Below, in pieces: positions 30,938 through 40,804 of a stretch of DNA of 64,000 bases; position 1 is the first letter of the stretch, and every line of letters starts with the position of its first letter. Position numbers and translations under genes: made by a program. Source of the DNA: Candidatus Latescibacterota bacterium (GTDB taxonomy: Bacteria; Latescibacterota; UBA2968; UBA8231); the NCBI GenBank assembly GCA_965243025.1, contig CBDETY010000003.1, positions 960,001 to 1,024,000 of the forward strand. Reading direction: 5' to 3'. The notes beneath the pieces were generated by a model that ran no database searches, was not told the DNA's origin, and saw nothing but the letters and a program-made list of their open reading frames with translations.

Positions 30938-31804
30938 ATGATACGAACGATTCTTTGTACCGGCCTGTTCCTGAGTGTAACCGCCCTCTTGGCAACGGAA
31001 GCCGAACGGCAAGCCTTCACCCAGGAGGGAACGGAATTCCAGGAAATCACTATCCACATTCATGGGAACAAGGCGGTGACCGCGGCGCTATCGGACGCGT
31101 TTGCCAAGGGGTCGACAGTTATAGGGATCGCCGATTTTGATTCCCTCTCGGCGGTCTATGGCCTGATGGGAATAGATCGCGAGGACGCCATGTCCTCTGG
31201 TTTTTACGGGCATCGGTTTCGGCTGAGGTTCCCCTCGGATTCGAATGTGATTGTCATTGCCAAAGGCTATGGAAACTTGCCCGCCATTCAATCTGTCAGG
31301 ACCGAGGGGCCGGTTTATTTAGGCAATCATATCCATGGCTTGGGTGGCTCGAAACACGCCGGAGCGCGTATTTTCACTAAGGTAGTATCCGGCACTCTTT
31401 CCTATGTGGCTATTTGGGGGATCGGGTCTCTTCTATATCACTCCTATATCTATGATGAGCCAGAGGAACCGGCTGGTCCTATGGAAGGAGTGGAAGTTTT
31501 TATTTACGGTCTGGTGGCCGGGGGAGCAGTCGGATTCCCGGTGGGTGTGACCCTGGTTGATCCTGATGATTCCTTACCCATAACCCTGCTGGCCGGTGTT
31601 ATACCGGCAGCCGCGGGGCTGTATTTCTTTGAATCCGAAAAAAGCGTGGCATCCGGCTTTTTGTTGGCGTGGGTCTATCCGCCATTTATTTCTCTCGCGG
31701 CTTCTGAACTGTGGCGCAATCCTGCTGAAGATCGCCGCACTTCCTTTGCCCTGGTTCCCACCCCGAGGGGTGGACTTTCGGGGATTACCACACTCCGGTT
31801 TTGA
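30938..31804 (+). CDS. Exported Gly-rich membrane protein, paralog 3 (intact)
   Basis: Signal peptide, four hydrophobic segments, C-terminal FALVPTPRGGLSGITTLRF. Confidence 0.75.
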   Translation: MIRTILCTGLFLSVTALLATEAERQAFTQEGTEFQEITIHIHGNKAVTAALSDAFAKGSTVIGIADFDSLSAVYGLMGIDREDAMSSGFYGHRFRLRFPSDSNVIVIAKGYGNLPAIQSVRTEGPVYLGNHIHGLGGSKHAGARIFTKVVSGTLSYVAIWGIGSLLYHSYIYDEPEEPAGPMEGVEVFIYGLVAGGAVGFPVGVTLVDPDDSLPITLLAGVIPAAAGLYFFESEKSVASGFLLAWVYPPFISLAASELWRNPAEDRRTSFALVPTPRGGLSGITTLRF

Positions 31805-32093
31805 CCAGAGCTGGAGTTCTCCTAGTGTTTGCTGTGCTTCCCGGGATCGTATGACATAGAGGGGAATACGTTGCCACCTTAATCCCCCCAAGCCGGGTTT
31901 GGAGCCAACGTCCGGGGCGCCGATCCCCGCGGCCTCCTCTTCCTGTCGAATGGCCTTTCCCGGATCTCGGTGAAAGGTTCGACCTTACTTCGGGAGTTAG
32001 AACGGATCTCCGTGATTCGGGGGTAAACTCCGAAATACCGGAGCCCCGATATTTCGGACCGCCGGATCCACTATTCCGTGCCCTGTTTGCCGG

Positions 32094-33371
32094 ATGAGCG
32101 AATATCGCAGGACCGTCAACGCCTGGTGCCTCTACGACTGGGGCAACTCCGCCTTTGCCACCACCATCCTGGCCGGGGTCTTCCCCCTCTTCTACCGGTC
32201 GATGGCGACCCAGGCCGGCCTCGGCGAATCGAACGCCACCGCGGCCTGGGCATACACCACCTCAATCGCCCTGCTCATTGTCGCCGTCATCGGGCCTCCC
32301 CTCGGATCGCTCTGCGACCAGACCGCCAGCAAGAAGCGGTTCCTCGCCTTCTTCGCCGGCCTCGGGGTCTGCGCGTCGGCCCTGTTCGTCCTCCTCGGCG
32401 ACGACAGCTACCTGACCGGGTCCGTCCTCTTCATCGCCGGCAACATCGGGTTCGCTTCCGCCAACATATTCTACGAGTCGCTGCTGCCGCACGTGGCTCG
32501 CCCCGGCGACGTCGACCGCGTCTCGACGCGCGGGTACGCCATGGGGTACATCGGCGGCGGCCTCCTGCTGGTCGTCAACCTGCTCTGGATCATGCACCCG
32601 GACTGGTTCCTGCTGCCCGGCACCGGGTTCGCGCTGCGCCTGACCTTCTTCAGCGTCGCCTTATGGTGGGCGGCCTTCACCGTTCCCCTGCTGCGCCGCG
32701 TCGAGGAGCCGCCGGGGCCCACCGCTCCCGGGGCCGGGGTCGGGCAGGCGGTGGCCGCCGCCTTCCGGCGGCTGGTCAGCACCTTCCGCCAGGTGCGGCG
32801 CTACCGCCAGTTGCTGGTGTTCCTGGCCGCCTTCTGGCTCTACAACGACGGCATCGGCACGATAGCCCGAATGGCGGTCGTGTACGGGGACGAGGTCGGC
32901 ATCGGCCGCAACGATCTGATCACGGCGCTGGTCCTGACCCAGATGATCGGCGTCCCCTGTACCTTCGGGTTCGGCCGGCTGGCGCGGGTCCTGGGGACCA
33001 AGCGCTCGATCCTGCTGGGGCTGGGGGTGTACGGGCTGATCTCGGTGGGGGGCTATTTCATGCAGACCGCCCTCCACTTCTACATCCTGGCGGGGCTGGT
33101 CGGTATGGTGCTGGGGGGCACGCAGGCGCTGAGCCGTTCGCTCTACGCCTCGATGATTCCGCCGGCGAGGTCGGCGGAGTTCTTCGGCTTCTACAGCACC
33201 AGCTCCCGTTTCGCCGGCATCTTCGGCCCATTGGTTTTCGGGGTGGTCGGGCAGGTGACCGGCGGCAGCCGCCTCGGCATCGTGGCCCTCGTCTTCTTCT
33301 TCCTTGCCGGCGGGGCTCTGCTGCTTCTCGTCGACGAGAGGGAAGGCCGGGCCGCCGCCGCGAAAGAATGA
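32094..33371 (+). CDS. MFS transporter, UMF1/ATG22-like family
   Basis: AWCLYDWGNSAF, NIFYESLLP, GYIGG, QALSRS and EFFGFY motifs; about 12 TM segments. Confidence 0.92.
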   Translation: MSEYRRTVNAWCLYDWGNSAFATTILAGVFPLFYRSMATQAGLGESNATAAWAYTTSIALLIVAVIGPPLGSLCDQTASKKRFLAFFAGLGVCASALFVLLGDDSYLTGSVLFIAGNIGFASANIFYESLLPHVARPGDVDRVSTRGYAMGYIGGGLLLVVNLLWIMHPDWFLLPGTGFALRLTFFSVALWWAAFTVPLLRRVEEPPGPTAPGAGVGQAVAAAFRRLVSTFRQVRRYRQLLVFLAAFWLYNDGIGTIARMAVVYGDEVGIGRNDLITALVLTQMIGVPCTFGFGRLARVLGTKRSILLGLGVYGLISVGGYFMQTALHFYILAGLVGMVLGGTQALSRSLYASMIPPARSAEFFGFYSTSSRFAGIFGPLVFGVVGQVTGGSRLGIVALVFFFLAGGALLLLVDEREGRAAAAKE

Positions 33372-34062
33372 ATCACGCGGCGTTAGCCGAAGCGCGGGAC
33401 CGCGCCTCGGGCTGCCAGCTCGCCCGTGCCGCAGGGGCAGATTCCCAGAATCGGGTACTGCGTCAGTCTGGATTTTTTGCCAACCCTGGGTGCCTTCTTC
33501 CCACGGTTGGAGTGGGTCACTTGGTTGCCTCCGAAGATGGCGGCGCCGCGCTCCAGGAACTGCCGCGTCCTCGACGTATCCGCGGAGGGTGTGCTTGAGG
33601 TCTCCCTGCGCCCCAGACCTTGCCGAGGAAGAGTAGGACAAGGAAGCGGACAGGCGGGGGGAACGGTCTGGTTTTACCTGAATGACCCATTTGGACTCCA
33701 ACGCAGAAAGGTGAGCCTGCGTGCCCAAACGCCCTCGCCTGACTCCCGTACGGGCTGGCCGAAGGGGGCGTAAAACAGCAAGAAGACCGCAAAACCCACC
33801 GAGCCGGGACTGGTCAAGATCAAAGCGGCCTTCTCGGGTTCGTTTCGGGATCGGAAACGGACGGAGAATCCCGGGAAAGGCTCTTGAATTCCGCGTCGTA
33901 CTCCCCATCGACAACCGGAAGCTCAGGTGCCTGGCGAAAGCCCCTCCTGAAAAAAACTGGATGACGAAATTCAGAAAAACTGAAAAAAATCGGGCCATTG
34001 GAGGGGTGATATTTTGGTGGCCACCGAAAGTATTATCCCTCTCCTTGGCGGATGCCCTCGCT

Positions 34063-34749
34063 TTAGCTCCAGTTTACGAATACCAGGTTTTCGAGGTCGT
34101 CTACGGTGACCTCGATCCCGGTCGGCTCCACCGGTTCAAAGCCCTCATGGTACTCGTCCGGGATTTCGATTCCCCTGCCCACTGAATAGCCCGTCGGGAA
34201 GTCATGCACCCAGTGCATGTCCTCGCCCGAATAGCCGCCCTCGTAGTAGATGACGTTGTGCCGGGTGGCCCCTCCTATGAATCCGCTTCCGTAATCGAAA
34301 TCCAGCGGGACGAAACCCTCTTCCAGGGAAGCAGAGCTGTCCAAAACCACGATATACGCAACTCCCAGGGTGCCCCGGTTGAGCACGTCGTCGGGCGGGG
34401 TTGGTAGCGGCAGCTCGAAGGTCATGTCCGCCAGGTTGGGCTCGGTTTCGCCCCAGAGGTAGTTACGGTCCGGGTCCCCGCCTACGGACCACAAGAGCAC
34501 CACCCGGATACCAGGGGGAAGACGGATGTCGGTGTTGTTCGTGATAATGCCCGTAACCACAAACGGAACCATCATTGTGTCTACCGCAAGTTCCTGTGCC
34601 ACTGCCTCCGCCAGGCCAGCCACCGGCTCGCTGCGCGTGATACTGCTGCTCACGCGCTTGCCGGCTGGTTCGGCCGGAGATACCGGATCTTCCTTGCTAC
34701 AGGCCAGCAGGACCCACGGCAGGACATACAGGACGTATATCATCTCCAT
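34063..34749 (-). CDS. Hypothetical lipoprotein
   Basis: Lipobox LLAC-SKEDPVSP and a typical coding composition. Confidence 0.75.
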   Translation of the reverse strand: MEMIYVLYVLPWVLLACSKEDPVSPAEPAGKRVSSSITRSEPVAGLAEAVAQELAVDTMMVPFVVTGIITNNTDIRLPPGIRVVLLWSVGGDPDRNYLWGETEPNLADMTFELPLPTPPDDVLNRGTLGVAYIVVLDSSASLEEGFVPLDFDYGSGFIGGATRHNVIYYEGGYSGEDMHWVHDFPTGYSVGRGIEIPDEYHEGFEPVEPTGIEVTVDDLENLVFVNWS

Positions 34750-35254
34750 CTTCCTTCATGATTCAATCTCAAGACTCTGGGTCCCTCGATTAGCAGACCG
34801 GTCGCCTCCCTCCGTGGAAACAGTAGGCGACTCCCCCCCGGGGGAGAAAAACCAATATCGAGTTCAGGAGGTTCCTGGAGGAGCAGGGCACCGTGATGAT
34901 TGAGGCATCGCCTCAATCCATTGAGAGACCACCATTAAAGATGCGGCAAGGTGTCTGCTCCCCACAGTTGGACGATTAACTTCAGACCCCAGTTCCCAGC
35001 AGCAAGGAGGGGATTCGGGGGTCGAGACCTCCGGTGCTTGATCCAGCGTCCCCGGGTGGTTTCAGTCCGAAAAGATGTTCAGAAAATGCGCGTCTGAGGT
35101 GCCGGCTGCGCTTGCCAGAAAGGCATAACCGCCAAGCGTAACAACGAGGTCGCGGAGGTAATCCCGCAAAGCCTTGGGCAGATCCCATTCCTCGGTGTCG
35201 CGCCGTTATCTGGAAGGGCGTGGAGGTCGTCCCCAGGAAGGTGAGGGACCTGAT

Positions 35255-35510
35255 GGGGTAGTGCCAACCGCCACTGGCCAGGGTCTGACCATCCGGGGAG
35301 AACGACACCGACGTGAGGACAAAGTCCCCATTGCCTCGGAGCAAGCGAATTCGGACAGGGTGCGGGCGTTGTATACCCAGACGCCTATGCCCGCCACCGC
35401 CAGCCGCGTGCCGTCTGGGGACCAGGCTACCCCTCGGTCGCCATGCCGATTCCCCCTTTGCCCAGGCGGGCGAGGGAGCCTTCGGGTAAAGGGGGTATCT
35501 TCTGGGTAAA
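35255..35510 (-). pseudogene. 5' remnant of a WD40-repeat protein gene
   Basis: LPEGSLARLGKG / VAWSPDGTRLAVAGIGVWVY / VSFSPDGQTLASGGW spread across several frames. Confidence 0.7.
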
Positions 35511-35743
35511 ACTGTCCTACGTCATCAGGACGTCGCCCAACAACAAGGCCATGAGGATCACCGAACGCTTTTTGGTGCGTTGCTGAGCGGATGCAACCCG
35601 CTTGCGAACAGCGTGGGGACTCCGCCCAGGAAACCGGCTGCGACCGGAAAGAGCCGGGTTTAAATTATATTCTCCTCTATGAGTGATAAACTGGTGGAAA
35701 TAAGGGCCATTTCAGCGGGTATCTTGATGGAAAATGGTGGAAA

Positions 35744-38191
35744 ATGGACATTTCGGCCGATTTTGGCTTGAAATCAAGCTTGGACCCGGAGGAGGAGAAG
35801 ATGAAAGCCGCTGCGGAGATGGAACGAGACAACGAGGCCCTGCGGGAGCGCCTGACCCGGTTGAGCCAGGCCAGCCTGCGCATCAACGAGAGCCTCGATT
35901 TCAACACCGTGCTGCAGGGAGTCCTGGACTCGGCCCGGTCGCTGACGGGAGCCCGTTACGGGGTGATGACCCTCCTCGACGATTCGGAGTTTCCCCGGGA
36001 CTTCCTCTCCTCCGGGATGACGGCCGAAGAGGACCGGCGGCTCTGGGACCTGCCCGATGGGGTGCGGGTCTACGAGTACCTCGGCAACCTTCCCTCCCCC
36101 CTCCGGCTCCCGGACCTGCTCGGTCACCTCCGGTCCCAAGGCCTTCCCGAGCTTCGGCCGCCCTTGCCGGTGGGGCCCATCGTCTGCTTCCTGGCGGCTC
36201 CGGTGTTCCACCGGAACGAGCGGGCAGGAAACCTCTACCTGGCCGGCAAGGAGACCGGGGAGGAGTTCACCCGGGAAGACGAGGAGACCCTGGTCCTGTT
36301 CGCCTCCCAGGCCGCCCTGGTGATCGCCAACGCCCGCAAGTACCGGGACGAGCAGCGGGCCCGGGCCGACCTGGAGACCCTGGTCCACACTTCCCCGGTG
36401 GGGGTGGTGGTCTTCGACGCGAGGACGGGAGCGCCCAAATCCCTCAACCGCGAGGCGAAGAGGATCGTCGATTCCTTGCGGAGTGCGGACCAGTCACCGG
36501 AGGATCTGCTCCGGATCCTTACCTTCCGGCGCGGCGACGGGCGGGAGTTCTCCCTGAAAGAGTTTCCCATGACCCAGGCGTTGAGTGTCGGGGAGACGGT
36601 GCGCGCCGAGGAGATCGTCATGCAGGTGCCCGGCGGAGAGTCGGTCACCACCCTGGTCAATGCCACGCCCATCCTCTCGCAAGAAGGGGAAATCGTCTCC
36701 TATGTCGTGACCCTGCAGGATCTGGCCCCGCTGGAGGAGCAGGAGCGGCTGCGGGCCGAGTTCCTCGCCATGGTCAGCCACGAGCTGCGCGTTCCCCTGA
36801 CCTCCATCAAGGGTTCGGCCGCCACCGTGCTGGACGACCCGTCCGTGCTGAACGCCGCCGGCATGGTCCTTCAGTACTTCCGCATCATCAATCAGCAGGC
36901 CGACCACATGAGCGGGCTGATAAACGACCTGCTGGACGTTGCCCACATGGAGACCGGCACCTTGCTGGTCAACCCCGAACCGACGTCCGTGACCGGCCTG
37001 TTGGACCAGGCCCGCACCAGCTTCGGGAGCAGCGGGGAAGCCGACAACCTGCGGATCGAACTGCCCCCCGATCTTCCTCCCGTAATGGCGGACCGGCTGC
37101 GCATCCTCCAGGTCCTGGGCAACCTGCTGTCCAACGCCGCCCGCCACGCCCCCGGGACAACACCCATCCGGGTTTCGGCGGTGCGGGAGGAGGTCCACGT
37201 GGCGGTCACGGTTTCCGACCGGGGCCGGGGAGTGCCTGCCGAGCAGCTGCCTCACCTGTTCCGGAAGTTCCCCCGCCTCGAGCCACCCGACCGGGAGGAG
37301 GGTAATTGGGGGGGTGGCCTGGGGCTGGCCATCTGTCGGGGCATCGTGGAAGCCCACGGAGGCCGCATCCGGGCGGAAAGCGGCGGCGTGGGCCGGGGAA
37401 CCCGCATCACCTTCACCCTCCCCATCGCCGAGGAGACCGGAATGGCGGTTTCGGCGGAACCGGTTCCGACCTCCCGCCGACAGCGGAAGCGCGGAGGGAA
37501 GGGGCCCCGGATTCTGGTGGTGGACGACGATCCGGAGACCCTGCGCACGGTGCGCGACGCCCTCTTCAAAGCCGGCTGCCTGTCGATGGCAACCGGCGAC
37601 CCGAAGGAGGTGTCCGGCCTCATGGAGGAGCACCGCCCCCACCTGGTGCTGCTCGACCTCGTGCTGCCGGGGGTCGACGGAATCGAGCTGATGCAGAAGC
37701 TCTTCGAAAAAGCCCGGGTGCCGGTCATCTTCCTTTCCGCCTACGGCCAGGAAGAAGTGATTGCCCGGGCCCTGGACGCAGGGGCAGCCGACTACGTGGT
37801 CAAGCCCTTTTCGCCGACCGAACTGACCGCGAGAATCCGGGCCGTCCTGCGCCGACGGGCCGCAACCGGCCGGCCCGAACCAACCGAACCGTGCGTGCTC
37901 GGGGAGTTGACCGTCGACTACGCCCGGCGGAGGGTGACGGTGGCCGCACGCCGGGTGCCGTTGACCGACACCGAGTACCGGCTGCTGGTGGAGCTCTCCA
38001 TCGATCCGGGAACGCCGGTGACCTACGACGAGCTGCTGCACCGCATCTGGGGCCTGGAGGCCTCCTCGGACCGGCGGACCTTGCGCTCGACCGTCAAGAG
38101 CATCCGCCGCAAGCTGGGAGACGAAGCCAGGAACCCCACCTACCTCTTCAACGAGTCCAAGGTCGGGTATCGCCTGGGGAGGGCCGAGTAA
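35744..38191 (+). CDS. Cytoplasmic hybrid sensor kinase-regulator GAF-PAS-HisKA-HATPase-REC-OmpR wHTH, paralog of 25340-27835
   Basis: Same motifs as the paralog (SHELRVPLTSIKG, LLSNAA, GLGLAIC, VVDDD, VVKPFS, LTDTEYRLL) and a very similar GAF-PAS region. Confidence 0.93.
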   Translation: MDISADFGLKSSLDPEEEKMKAAAEMERDNEALRERLTRLSQASLRINESLDFNTVLQGVLDSARSLTGARYGVMTLLDDSEFPRDFLSSGMTAEEDRRLWDLPDGVRVYEYLGNLPSPLRLPDLLGHLRSQGLPELRPPLPVGPIVCFLAAPVFHRNERAGNLYLAGKETGEEFTREDEETLVLFASQAALVIANARKYRDEQRARADLETLVHTSPVGVVVFDARTGAPKSLNREAKRIVDSLRSADQSPEDLLRILTFRRGDGREFSLKEFPMTQALSVGETVRAEEIVMQVPGGESVTTLVNATPILSQEGEIVSYVVTLQDLAPLEEQERLRAEFLAMVSHELRVPLTSIKGSAATVLDDPSVLNAAGMVLQYFRIINQQADHMSGLINDLLDVAHMETGTLLVNPEPTSVTGLLDQARTSFGSSGEADNLRIELPPDLPPVMADRLRILQVLGNLLSNAARHAPGTTPIRVSAVREEVHVAVTVSDRGRGVPAEQLPHLFRKFPRLEPPDREEGNWGGGLGLAICRGIVEAHGGRIRAESGGVGRGTRITFTLPIAEETGMAVSAEPVPTSRRQRKRGGKGPRILVVDDDPETLRTVRDALFKAGCLSMATGDPKEVSGLMEEHRPHLVLLDLVLPGVDGIELMQKLFEKARVPVIFLSAYGQEEVIARALDAGAADYVVKPFSPTELTARIRAVLRRRAATGRPEPTEPCVLGELTVDYARRRVTVAARRVPLTDTEYRLLVELSIDPGTPVTYDELLHRIWGLEASSDRRTLRSTVKSIRRKLGDEARNPTYLFNESKVGYRLGRAE

Positions 38192-38319
38192 AGGGCTCAC
38201 AACCAAGCCCCGGGACAAGGGGGAAGCAAGGGAGAAAAACGTGGCCTGAACAACTACCCCGAGTAGGGGGCGGGTGTCAGCCTTGGGGGAAAAAAAATGA
38301 GAGAAAATGCAGAGAAACG

Positions 38320-38846
38320 GACATCCTCTGTCCCACTATTTAGCCGGGAGATGGGGGATGTCGACTGGCTGGCCATTTCACGTGATTGCGTGCGGGATCG
38401 GAAACTTGCCAGATTGGCACCAATATCGAGAAAGGCCACCGCTCTGGTCGAGGTGGAAATCAGGCCTCCTGCCCTGATCTGATGTCGGCGACTCGCAGCG
38501 GCATATCATGGCCTTCCCAAAGTCAGGCAGTCTGCATCCTGCGATCTACCGGGACTCGCAGGTACCTCCCCCCTGAAGTCGGCACCCTGGATCAGAAGGC
38601 CGGGTTCTGATGGAGGAGAGGATGTGCGAATTCCCCTGAGTTTCGCAAAGCCGTCGTCGCAGAGGTGAGCAGGATCATTTCGTTTGGTCGATAAGGTGGC
38701 AAGGCCGGCTGTATCTCTGTATCTCATTCCTGGATCGAAACCCACTCTGATCGAGGAGGGAACCGGGACTCCTGCCTGATCTGAGTCGGCGACTCGCTAC
38801 GACAAATTATTCCATTCCCAAAGTCAGCCAATCCGCATCCTGCGAT
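38320..38846. repeat. Mosaic dispersed repeat shared with 46279-46825, with an internal duplication
   Basis: Shared blocks include GGGGATGTCGACTGGCTGGCCATTTCAC, CAAAGTCAGGCAGTCTG, GACTCGCAGGTACCTC, CTGAAGTCGGCACC and ATCATTTCGTTTGGTCGA. Confidence 0.75.
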
Positions 38847-40254
38847 GTGGTATGCGCGGGCGGAATCATAGACCGGGAGACCGGGCGGGGCGGTAAAGGC
38901 TGAAGGAGCCGGGCAAGAGGGTCGAACCCGGGGTGGAGACAACAAGAGGAAGCCTCCTCCGTCCATTTTCCTGGCTCAGAACCTGCGGTCTGTGCCCAGG
39001 GTATCCCGAAAGCTGGCGAACCGGCAGGTGGTGAGTGCTCCCTGGCACGGTCTGTGCGGAACTACGCTGCGAAAGGGGGTAGGTAGCGGGTAGCGGGGTG
39101 TCCGCCATCCACAGAGGAGGTGAAGGCAGACGGAGAGCCTGGGTCTTCGGCTGACCTTCGTCACGTCACCGGACCCCGACGGTACGTCAGGCCCCCCATC
39201 CGTGGCAGGGGAAGGAGGCTATCCCCTGGAAGGTTTGTTCCCGGCAATCGGGGGGAACGGTGGGCGCTACGAGGTCGAGACGGAGAAAACGCGGTTATCG
39301 AGAAGACCCTGAGCCGACGCTTCGAAGGGCGGAGGCCGGCTACGTCGGTGTTATCCTGGAGATTCAGTAACAGAACGTGGAGGTAGGGGGTGCGGAAAAA
39401 ATGGGGATCCTGTGGCGAGGGTATCCGCAAGCCGGCGGAACTTCCGCAAGGATCGACCTGATGGCTTTGTTTCTCGACGGCAAGGGCTTCGCGGACGAGG
39501 AGATCCTTCATCCCTTGGTGAAATGCTCACCGATCAGGGCTGAAACATGGACGGCATGACCCCGCTCCAGGCGAGTAAAACGGCCAGCACAAATAGCGCT
39601 CAGCGGTCAAATCCAAAGCGCGGTTTCTGGAGTACCATTCCCACGCCGCGGAAACCCGAGAATCATCTCAAACCGGATGAGACCCGAAACCATAGCGGAA
39701 ATTAGCCCGTCAACCGGTTCGAAAAATGGGGCTCAAATCCAGTAGTAAGATGAATCAATGCACGGGAATGCATTATGAATAATGTGAAAAAACCTACTTG
39801 ATGGGATCCTTGTTACATTCGCCTCTCCCGATAATGCCGTCAACGAGACCGCGAATCTGATCCAGGGTGAATGGCACAGGGATCTTTCTCGTTGCATTGC
39901 ACCCTTGCGAAAATCCCCACGGCGGATCGGAGGCCCCCGGCTCTGATCGAGGAGGGATTTCAGTCCGGGATCGGGTTCCTGGGCGATTCAGGAACTGGGG
40001 TGTCGAGGGTGCTGCTGAGGGATACACCGGGGTGGGACGCGGTTGCCCTGTTCTTCGACGGCAAGAGCTTCGCCGAGGAGGAGACCCCTTCATCCCCTTG
40101 GTTGCGAGCAGGCCGTTCGAGCGGTCTGCCTCCGCTTCTTCCCTGGCATGGTCTTTGCCGAAACCGTTGCTTGGTGAAGAGAGGCAGGTTCCATCGGAGG
40201 ATTCCCCGGTTTCCCGGCTGGAACTTCATCCGGTCATATGCGCACATGTCAAGG

Positions 40255-40760
40255 GACGGGAGGCGTCGGCAAGCAGAAACGTCGGAGAAGCCAGTCTCGC
40301 CGTCGCCGTCGAGGTCGGGGGTCGCCTTGGCGGTTGCGGTGAAGGTCACGGGACCGAGGCCGGCCACGGTCGCCACCACGGTGACGGTCTCCGGTTCGCG
40401 CCCCAGGGTCAGGGTGGTAAGGGCCCTGCCGTCAGCAGCGGTGGTCACCGTGGCTGCCGACAGGGTCCCGTCGCCGGAGGTGATTTCGAAGTGACGGTGG
40501 CCCCGGATACATGGCCCCGTTCTGGTCCGGCACCAAGACGACAAACGGCTGGCCCAACGCGGAACCGGCCGGCCCCTGCTGCTCGTCCCCCGGAGATGAT
40601 CTCCAGGGCGAGTGGGCGGAGCTCAGTCAACTCGGCCACGTCCCACAACAGAATCGTACCATCCCCTGATCCGGAAGCAAGGGTGGCGCCATCGGGCGAA
40701 AGCGATACCGAAAGGATCCCAGACATTTGGCCTTCAAGGGTGGCGATAGGAGCACTGGAA
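40255..40760 (-). pseudogene. Degenerate fragment of a WD40/Big-1/EF-hand surface protein gene
   Basis: LSPDGATLASGSGDGTILLWD, FEITSGDGTLSAATVTT and PDLDGDGETGFSD in broken frames. Resembles the 3' part of 40805-46051. Confidence 0.8.
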
Positions 40761-40804
40761 ATTTGGCCAAATAAAGGGGGGTTGGGCGGGGTGAGAAAAT
40801 AGAG

